A stretch of DNA of 64,000 bases, taken from NCBI RefSeq assembly GCF_009914755.1, contig NC_060927.1. One strand, written 5' to 3'. Below are positions 1 through 10,419 of this stretch, piece by piece. The notes below the pieces were generated by a model. The model was not told the origin of the DNA. It made no database searches and worked only from the letters and a program-made list of their open reading frames with translations. Position numbers and translations under genes: made by a program. The stretch is from the human T2T-CHM13v2.0 reference genome, Homo sapiens. Numbering within the stretch: position 1 is the stretch's first letter; the number at the start of each line of letters is the position of its first letter.

Positions 1-639
1 CGGAAAGTTCCCTGCTTAAATGGCCCCATTAAATCCGCCATTGCCCCTTGATGGCCCATGATGGCTCATTTCTTTCAACAAAGAATACTACCAGTGTCGA
101 TGTCGTGTTCAGTAATCATGGACTGCTGTTCTCAGAAAAATATATATGTATATCTTTCCCAAATAGTGAATGTTGAGCTTCAACGCTTCAAATTATTTTC
201 AGTCTTTCAATTCTCAGAATGAATAGACACAGAATTTTATTTTCTCTTGCTTAGCATTTTTTATTAATACACTTGGCTGTTCTTTTTGCCTTCAGCAAAA
301 ATATTCTGATGTATATGGAGATAAGAGTTCTTTGTTTACTCATAGCCCATGTGCATAAACAAACGTCCTTACTATGGGAAGCCTTTATTTGCTACAATAC
401 GAGGAGCAATTTTTTAAAAAGCAAATATTTTATAGTTATCACTTCAGCCTGGATTGGAGCCTGTGGCTCATTTTACAACCTGCACAAGTTTTTGGTACTT
501 GTAAATTTGTTGTTGTAAAATTTGGTCTTTCCACCTTTGGCCTAATATCAAAAGCTTTATATTTTCACTTTCTGGAAAAAAAAACCTTGATATTTTGAAA
601 TTCTCTGACCTTTCATTTATGCGTATCCATAATAGAAAA

Positions 640-885
640 CATGGCTTAATAGAATGGGCTTCAAATAATTTTGAAGGCAAACCGATTTTAGCGCCAACCC
701 TAACACTTCATATTTGTGTGCTTTCTGGCAAGATATTTAAACTCCACATCTTTCAATCGATTCAATAATAATAATAACAGCATCACTAACCTTGCAACGT
801 TTTTGTAAGAAGCAAAGACATTATTTACAAAGTATCTAGAACATTTCCTTATATACAAACAAGGCTTAATATATAATAACTCTAT
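640..885 (+). mobile_element. MIR SINE, highly diverged
   Basis: Core-like TGTGTGCTTTCTGGCAAGATATTTAAACTCC followed by AATAATAATAACAGCATCAC and a MIR-type tail; recalled consensus similarity. Confidence 0.5.
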
Positions 886-3545
886 ATTTTATTTATGCAA
901 ATTACCAAGCTCTTTCACTTATAGTGGCACCAGCTTATTAGTAAAAGAGACTAATGCAGGTAAAATGAACATCTAGAGCATTCATTAATTAAATAAAAGA
1001 TACCCAGAGATCTGATTTTGCAGAAAAAAATAAAGTATATAAAAGCTGTGTAGACCTATTAATTGCTTTTGTTTTCATTAGAGATTTTATTGTGGGTTGA
1101 TTAAAATGTGTGTGCACACGAGGTCTCTTCTGCACTGGCTGACAGCGTTTCCTCCTTCGTGCCCTTTATCTATAATACATTTGAGAGTCTAACAATAATC
1201 CCAACCCCGAAACAAGCCAGAGCTTCTGTTTGCATTTCTCTGTCTTAGGAACGGCTCTGTCAGGTTTCTTTCTGAATTCATTAATGCAGTTTCATCACTC
1301 AATAAAATATATGATCAATTCCAACACACATCCACTAGTTGATGACATAGCTCAGAAATATTTTTGTTTCCATGAAATATGAACAATAGTTTCAGTGGTA
1401 CCTAGCTCAAAAATGTAACTTCCTTCAAGTTCCTCTTTGAAGTAGTTCCTCAGAACTACCTTGCAAGTGTCCACTTTGGTTAGACAACAAAACAATTGTT
1501 TTGTATATGAAAAAACAAAAATTGTTTTTTGTATATATCCTTTTCTACTTTTCAACACTAGTTGCACTAATTCCTACCCAAGAGATCACATAGGAGGTCA
1601 TTTCAAGAATAACATACACTTCTAATTCTTTTTGGTTTTATATAGTTCATGAGGCCTCACTCCAGATTCTCACTCGGATTGACCTTAGAGTTAAATGAAT
1701 AATTTTGGAGACACTGTGTTTTTAGGAAATACTTTAAAGGATGAAAACGTTTAGACCTTGTGGCAAAGCAAACAGAAACTCTGTACTAGCTGTTTCTGGC
1801 TGGTCTCCATCTGGCTTCTTTGAGCCCCTCTTTACCTTCAGTTCTCTCCCTTATGGAAAGCTAGCCTAACCATGCACTGATTATACTTTCAGTAACAGAA
1901 TTCTCTCTGAAGTGGTGTGAAAATGGAGATTTCTGGAGGGAGAGTTTCCATGGCTTATCTCAGATGTTGAAAAGAATCTCTGAGTCAAAAAACTTCCTCA
2001 TGACAGTAATTCTATTGGCTCCCAAATATTCATATTTGTGGTTGCCAGCTCAAGGCTGTGTCATTTTGAGTCAGAAAAAAATAATAATAACCCACAATGT
2101 AACTCTCCAAAGAAAGTACTCAGTTGTCTGGCATATTTTTCCCCTGTTCCTCATTGATGCTTTCTTATTGACCTTTCTTTTTTGCTCCAATTTAGAATCT
2201 GTTAATCTTTTACCCCTGGGAGGTATGAATTTCCATATTCTGGTTGATTTATATGGATTTCCTGTAAACTGAAGACTGCAGGATGAAATTAATCACTGTG
2301 ATGTCTATAGCAGTGGCCCAGGATAAGACTTAGAAAATACCTGATGTTTTCCATTCTTATTAGGAGTGAAATGAGGGCACACTATTTTCATGATGCTTCC
2401 TGTGCTGTAAAGATTATTTTGAGAACCTCACACTGATAAGATAAGAATAGGAACATGACATTTTGTACCTTTAGCTGATGTTTTATGATGGTGATGAAAG
2501 AATATCCGAAGGTTTCATCTGACCCTTTCAAGAACTGTAGAGTGTTACAGGACTTCTGTGGGTAGTAATATGATTAGCATCCCAGAATGTAAGAAATTGC
2601 TGCATTAACTCAGTTTAGCTATTATGCCAGCATTCACTAAAAAAGGGAATAGTTCTGAAATTCTGAGTTACATTCACATGTTGGAAGGAGAGTTGTTAGT
2701 GTGTTTAATTTCATTCGCTTTCTTATGAGATTATTTTTCTTACTGTTCTTCTACATGTAGAAATATTCCATGTATATTCAGTTACCAAAAATGATGTAAA
2801 TACCAATTACCTCCCTTTAGAAAGAATTAAATAGCATTCTGACAACCCCTAATATTAACAGTTATTAATTTTTAAAAAACTACCTTTCAAAGAAAATCCT
2901 GAGAGTCAAAGCTTAGGCCTTTTCTTTGTAGTTAAACTGCATTTTAGTTTTTTCTTTTCTCTCTCCTGTTTTATTTTAGTGTCCAGATTTCCATTTGTCA
3001 TGGAAATTTAAAATTAAGCCTCTCCAATGTGCACATTTTAATTTAATATGAGGAAATGTAATTTATTATTTGGCACAGATTTATTATTGTAAAAAGCTCC
3101 CACTGATGTCATGGTGAATTCTGTGCATGAAATGAGGGCAAACAAATGATTCATTTTTCATGAATATTGCCAATCAATGTTACATTCTCCTAAAACTGCA
3201 GTATAAGATTCTTTACCAAAATGCTCAACTGTATTTCAATATACTTCTTTTACTAAAGCCATGAGACAGAGAAAATTTTATGGAAAATAATAGTGTGGTT
3301 GGTATAACCACAAAAAGTGGTATGGGATAAAAAGTCAATTTCCAGGTCATTTTGAATGCAATAGATCCATGAATCCCTACATCCAAGCGGTAATAACCCC
3401 ATAGGTAGGGTCAGCTTGTTACCTGTGATATATTTCAGTAGATACATTGCTGTCCTGTCTCTGTTGATTAGATATATGAAATAATTCTTATTTTCACATA
3501 CAACTGCATCATAGCAATAAAGATTTCTCTTTATGAATCAACCCT

Positions 3546-3730
3546 TCTTTCATTCGACACATATTTATTACAGTTATTACATACCTTTGCTAGATATCTG
3601 AGACAATACAACAAACAATATTGACAATGTCACCAATATGTCAAGGAGCTTATATTCTAGTGGGGAGCACAGACGATAAACCAAGATAAATGGGATAATT
3701 ACAAACTATAAATAATACTAATGTTATGAA
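3546..3730 (-). mobile_element. L2 LINE 3' end fragment
   Basis: CATTCGACACATATTTATT...CAAGGAGCTTATATTCTAGTGGGGAGCACAGAC matches the reverse L2 3' terminus. Confidence 0.6.
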
Positions 3731-3846
3731 GTTTTTCCTGTTTTTCTAATTGAAATCTAATTGCTTTCTAAAGCCTGATATATTATAAGGTGATTAGTGG
3801 AGAATAATTTTTTAAATCACTAATTAATGCCCTTATGTTTTATTTA

Positions 3847-3869
3847 ACACACACACACATACACACACA
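3847..3869. repeat. Interrupted (AC)n microsatellite
   Basis: ACACACACACACATACACACACA seen directly. Confidence 0.9.
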
Positions 3870-3985
3870 GTTCTGTTTGTTTTAGTTTTCTCTGTGTCTT
3901 TTTCAGGTCAGGATTTCAATAAGAAAATGCTAAATGGATTTAGCTTACCATGCCACTGAGCTAAACAATTTGTGAAGTACTTATA

Positions 3986-4441
3986 TACTCATTTTCGTTT
4001 CCTAGGGCTGACATAATAGATTACCACAAACTGAGAATCTCAAAACACCTGAGGTTTTTTCTCTCACAGTTCTGGGGTCCAAAATTAAGGGTGGCAGGGT
4101 TGGTTCCTTCTGTAGGCTCTGAGGGAGAAGCCAATCCTTGTCTCTCTCCCAGCTTCTGGTGCCCGTGGGCAATTGTTGGTGTCCCTTAGCTTGTAGATGA
4201 ATTATTCCAATCTCTGTTTCCATCTTCACATGGCCTCCTCCTCTGTTTCTCTGTGTCTCAAATGTCCCTGTACTTATTCTTATAAAAGCAAAAGTTATTG
4301 GGCTTAGGGCCCATTGTAATTCGGGATGATCTCATCTGCAAATCCTTAAGTACATATGCAATGACCCTTATTCCAAATAAGATCAAATTCTGAGGTTCCT
4401 AGTGGAGATACCTTTTGGCGGAACAACATTTGCCCAAAACA
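3986..4441 (-). mobile_element. MaLR solo LTR (MLT1B/C-like)
   Basis: TTTCCTAGGGCTGACATAATAGATTACCACAAACTG...CTCTCACAGTTCTGG...GACCCTTATTCCAAATAAGATCAAATTCTGAGGTTCC, typical reverse MLT1 sequence. Confidence 0.85.
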
Positions 4442-4539
4442 CTTGTAAATTACAATTTTATTCATTCCTGTGCATGTAAATAAGTATTATTTGTTAGATT
4501 AACAAGTTAGCTCCCCCATCATCATCTGAAAACATAAAC

Positions 4540-4602
4540 TTACAGCCATGGAACGTGGGCAAGTTATTTCTCCGATATCTGTTGCATGTTCCTCATCTAC
4601 AA
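4540..4602 (+). mobile_element. MIR core fragment abutting an L1
   Basis: GTGGGCAAGTTATTTC...TGTTCCTCATCTACAATATG resembles the MIR core. Confidence 0.45.
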
Positions 4603-5580
<978 letters not shown>

Positions 5581-6353
5581 AAATAATATGCAAAGTGTCT
5601 TTGGCAAACCAGATTTCAATGGTTTTATGAAACAAAGAACCTAGAAAAGATGAAAGAGATTTTTCAAATCCATAGGCACCTAAGGTTGAAAACTGCAGTA
5701 AATGTGAAGATCTAATGTTGATATAATATCACATGCTTTCAGAGGTAAACTAGAAAAGAATTTCTATGAGTACAAAAATGTTCAAAATTTAGTATTTAAT
5801 GGTTTATTAAGACAACTTATCAATTTTAAATATTTGATTGATTCTATGTTAAAGTCCTTTATAAACAGTAAAGAAAGTATTTTTATCATGATCCTCAGAT
5901 TAAAAACAGCTGCTATCTTAGACATGTGATCTTAAGAAAATCTACCTGTATATTTCTACGAAACTGATGTGTTGAATTTAAAGAAACTAGGTGGGAATAG
6001 TGTGTCTAGAAGAGCAGTCGTTTTGGGTTATAACAATTCCTTAACAGCTAAAGCTGAACAAATTTTTGGTTTTGCAACACTTGCCTAAAATGTATACTAG
6101 TACTGACAGAACTATTACCCTGATGCATAACATACTGGTAATTAGCATGATAAACCTGCTTTTTGAACAATGAGAATATCAAAGGTAATGAGAGAGAGAT
6201 TATGATAATGTGAAATAAAAATTAGTGCATAGACACTATTACCTAGTGTTACTTTGCACGATGTGAGAAAACTCAGAGAAAAGCTCAAAGCACCAACAGT
6301 GATATGTCTCTGTAACCCAAGGCTTTTCAGTCTGCTCTCTCTAGCTCATAAAT

Positions 6354-6502
6354 CAGTGCTTCTCCAAGAGTGTCATGAACCCTGCACCCTCCTTGTCAAT
6401 GTTGATTTCTGCACCCATCTCCCAGGCTGGCTAAATCAGGACTTTTGGTGGGTAGGGCCATGGACTCTATGTTTTCTCATGTATCGTTGTTTGAAAATAA
6501 CT
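6354..6502. mobile_element. MER5-like hAT-Charlie MITE
   Basis: Termini CAGTGCTTCTC...TTTGAAAATAACT with internal CTAAATCAGGACTTTTGGTGGGTAGGGCC. Confidence 0.5.
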
Positions 6503-6987
6503 AAATTAAACTAAATTAAAGCTGTTTAATGACATGAATCAGGTATTCATTTTAATATCAGGGTCTCAAAAAAGTACTGTATATGTAGACTGAATCTCTT
6601 AATTATTACTACACTAAAATAACAATAAGGTAAATTATAAGGTTATGATATTTAAATGATTTTATACTAGCAACTATAATTTTGTGCAAGTTTTATGATT
6701 ATTATGTAAATGTCACATTGTGGGTTTCTGAAACATTAGGAAATTATGAAGCTTATTAATAAGAATATACTGTAAGAACTTGACTGTTAAACATAAATAA
6801 ATCTTAGTCTAATGCAAAAAAAATTAGTGCAAACAAAGTCTGCAATGGAGTAAGACACAGAGGTCAGGCAGAGTAGCAGTTAGTTATAGAACATCTATAT
6901 AAAAACTGCCCAACATATATTTTAAGTGATTTTTAACCAATATTTCTGATATTTCCACCTAATGGCACAAATAAATGTCTCACCAGC

Positions 6988-7430
6988 TGTTGCAAGTCGG
7001 GGTCCCTTGGAAAACCATTCTGAGATGGAGTTTAGAGTGCAAGTGTTTTATTAAACCATTCTGAGATGGAGTTTAGAGTGCAAGCGTTTTATTAGAGAGC
7101 TGTTGGGTTCAACTGCTTTGGTAATAAATAAAGCAGCTAGGCAGAGGGAGAAGTTGAGCTGTGATACAGTCTCAGTGGAGGCATCAGACAAACCAACTGC
7201 AGCCAGAATAACCATTTATATTTATCCCCAACTGGGGTGAGAGAGCCAGATATTTATAGCCCTGTAGTGATTACCAGATGCAGGCTGCCCCTAGAAGAAG
7301 GTATGACCTTGAGCAGTGTACCTGTCTGCAGCCAAGGCAAGCCCAGCATGGGGCTGGCAGGTGAGGACTAGCTATGCAGACAGTTCTTCTAGCAGCTACA
7401 TTCTTGAAGGGACAGCTGGGAGAAGCCTAC
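6988..7430 (-). mobile_element. ERVL LTR (LTR16-like)
   Basis: CTGAGATGGAGTTTAGAGTGCAAG..TTTATTAG and GGCAGAGGGAGAAGTTGAGCTGTGAT match reverse LTR16-family sequence. Confidence 0.7.
7012..7093. repeat. 41-bp tandem duplication (2 copies, 1 mismatch)
   Basis: AAACCATTCTGAGATGGAGTTTAGAGTGCAAG(T/C)GTTTTATT at 7012-7052 and 7053-7093. Confidence 0.97.
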
Positions 7431-7920
7431 TGCTTGAACCACTTGGCACCACTTAATTTAAAAATTCAGGGAACAGTTAGCCCAGGAATCTAGTCAACCT
7501 CTCTTCTTAGGGAAATTTGGTTGAAGCGGATTAGTGAGAAAACCACGTACACTACTGCTATGACTGGTCTTAGAACCACAAACATTATTTTTATTTTTCT
7601 CCTCTATCATCCATTCTATATGCGCTTCCCTTCAACACTGACTAGCAGTTTTGCTGATCTTCCTGGCATGATGAATACCGTAATCTCTGAGAAATTTGAG
7701 CCCTTGTTCCTCATGTTCTTATCAAATTAAGGTTGTTGCATTTGTCCATTCACCAATATTGGGAAAGAGAATATCAAGAGAAACTAAATGTACTACCTGA
7801 ATGCTAAATATGTTTCTTCTTGCCACCACTGTGTGACAACAGACCCACTGGATATTCCTGATCAGATTTGATGAACTCTGCCAAAATGGTGACTTTCCTT
7901 CTTGTCTCCTTTTTCCCTCC
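7431..7920 (-). mobile_element. ERVL internal remnant (HERV16/ERV3-16A3-like, 3' pol region)
   Basis: Minus strand AAAGTCACCATTTTGGCAG...GTGGGTCTGTTGTCACACAGTGGTGGC...GTGAATGGACAAATGCAACAACC resembles the ERVL/MaLR VTILAG..VGLLLHNGG..VNGKLQQP region; adjacent to the LTR16-like LTR. Confidence 0.55.
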
Positions 7921-10202
7921 AACCCTGTCCCTTGAACAAGAATCCTTAGATTCTCATCCCACGCATAATCATGGTGAGTAGGTCCTACAGCTCCTTTGAA
8001 GTATTCTCAATTTCCCTCCTTATTAGGCCCTGCTTGTCTTTAGCTGGGTTATATCATGACTTAACCCTAGAGACCAGTAGGAGAACTGGGGACAAATCTT
8101 GAGGTGCACGAAGGAAGCCTTTTCACCATCTTCAAAAGAAGGGTAGACTGTTAGCCTTAAATAAGAAGCAGTAAGCCACTTCACCCTCAAGGCTTAGGGG
8201 AATTTAGGGAATTCTAGGTCCAATAAATCTAGATGTCCCCATCGCATGTGTCAAGGTCACATTCTTTCCTAACTGGAGTCTTGGTCCTAGCATAGCAAAC
8301 CTACTTATATTGAGAGTTAAACCATCTTTGAAGCTCTGCCACTCCTGTGATTAAGTCCTGCACCTAGTCCCCAACTTTCTCTGACTCTAACTTCAGAAAG
8401 TGAAATTTTATTTATGTGGTAAAAGTCCCCTAGCTTTCACACTTAGCTTTCAATTATCAATTAATCACTCTGAGCCTCTCCCTTTCTTTTTTCTAAGGCA
8501 ATAGCACTTATCTGACCCACAAGTTTTATGTCCTTATAGGTACCTTTATCCAATATTTCTCACACACCATACCTGACACAACACACCATTTAATGCAATC
8601 CCTTCTACCAATATACCAGCTTGGATAATTGTAAAGGTATTTTGTTTCAGGAGTTGTCTGTATTTTAATGACTCTCTCTCTTTCTAGGTTAAGGTGACTT
8701 CTCCCTCCCCATTACATTCAGACCAAGTTTGGCGCTTTCTAGACTACTGGTACTTCTATTCTACTTGTGTTTCCTTACACCATGCCCCCACCTTGGTAAT
8801 AACTCCATCCACAAATAAATCCTTCCCAAGTCATCCTAACTTGAGTGTATCCTAACTTATACAAACATCTTTTCTAATATTATCATCAATTGTCTGTAAA
8901 CTCCCTCAGTGTTATATATCTGTGCCTGATTTGTATTTGTGTCTCCAACGTGCTCTAAGTGTTCAATAAGTATGCAATAATTGTGTTAAGTGAGGCTTTT
9001 TATCAAACAGATACACAGGATTTCTACTTAGGTCAATACTATTATCATTTGAGGTTCCGATTACTTCCTACTTTTGCCACGGTTGGAGAGAGTATCTTAA
9101 ATGCAGTGACATTCACTGCCTGTCATATTTTATTTATAAATATAATATTGTCTAACTCATATTTTCAGTTATGTGGCCTTATTATGTAATGCAGAGACCA
9201 TTTAACTAGATAATGAGAAGTGATAATTACTTAAGAGTCCAGTATGTGTGTGTTCTGGTACTTGGTCTCAGGGCCTTATTTCTACATCTGTGCAATAAAA
9301 AAGTGGGAAAATAAAAATATCACTGAATACTTTACAGTTCTAATCTTTTGTAGTGCTCTGATGCAAAAAGTTGTAAAATAAGCACATTACTTAGAATTTT
9401 TATTTTGTGTATCTCTTAACTTCTGGGACATTGTATTTTTTACAGGTAATGTTCTAGGCAATTGATCATTATTTCCTGCCTTTTAATCGATGACAAAAAA
9501 TGATAACCAGACAATGTCACTGAGACTTTGGCAAAGACAACAATGAGAGGTTCATAAATACTGCATTTCTGCCTTTGGTGAGGTGGCCATTGCTCAAAGT
9601 TAATGTCTTTGGCAGACCTAGATCGCCCAATGTTGATTGACTGACATAAAGGTCAACTGCTTAATTTATAAGCTGTCCTTCCAGAATAAAATCACGATGC
9701 TGACCTACTGGCAAGATGGGGCTGCCATTGACACTGTTGTATACAATAATATAGTAATGATAATTTTAAAATAATCCATTCACCTTATTTTGATCCTTGC
9801 TTCTTGTGATCAATGGCACTTAAGCCAGGTCAAGATAAGTTGTAGACACCCCTAAGGATATAGAACAAATTAAGGCCAACTTGCTAAAAGCAGTATTAAC
9901 TTAATGTGCATAAGCCAGATATAAATAGGTACTAACTATTACTCATACCACCACAAGCAAGTTCAGGATGGAATTTTCTATTAGTTCAAAACTGTTCAAA
10001 CACAAATTCAGTCATTTAATCACTCCATGCATTGACATTATTTTAAAATTTTATCTCAGAAGTCATTTTGTAATATCACAAAATCTATTCTACACGGTTT
10101 TTATCATTGAGATAATCAGGGTAATTTATGAAAGCTGGTAACTATAGCTGAATATTACTTAATTTCTTGAATTCTTTGAGAATATGAACACATCATTTAA
10201 TT

Positions 10203-10419
10203 CAGAGTTTCTCAATCTAGGCACTATTGACAGTTTGGGCTAGATAATTCTTTCTTGGAAAGGGTTGTCCTATGCATTATACAATGTTTAGCATCAGTAC
10301 AGGCTTCTACTTACTAGATGTAGTAGCAACTCTCCTCAGTTGTGACAACCAAAAATGTTGCTAGACATTGCCAAATATAACCCTGGGGGAAAATCATCCC
10401 CAGTTGGGGAAGACCACTA
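10203..10419. mobile_element. MER20 (hAT-Charlie), essentially full length
   Basis: CAGAGTTTCTCAATCTAGGCACTATTGACAGTTTGGGCTAGATAATTC...GTTGTGACAACCAAAAATGT..AGACATTGCCAAAT...GACCACT. Confidence 0.9.

Noticed and set aside
3871-3912. TTTCAG|GTCAGG as a second recursive splice site
   Set aside because: The acceptor is good, but the reconstituted donor is weak and there is no clear downstream exon donor.
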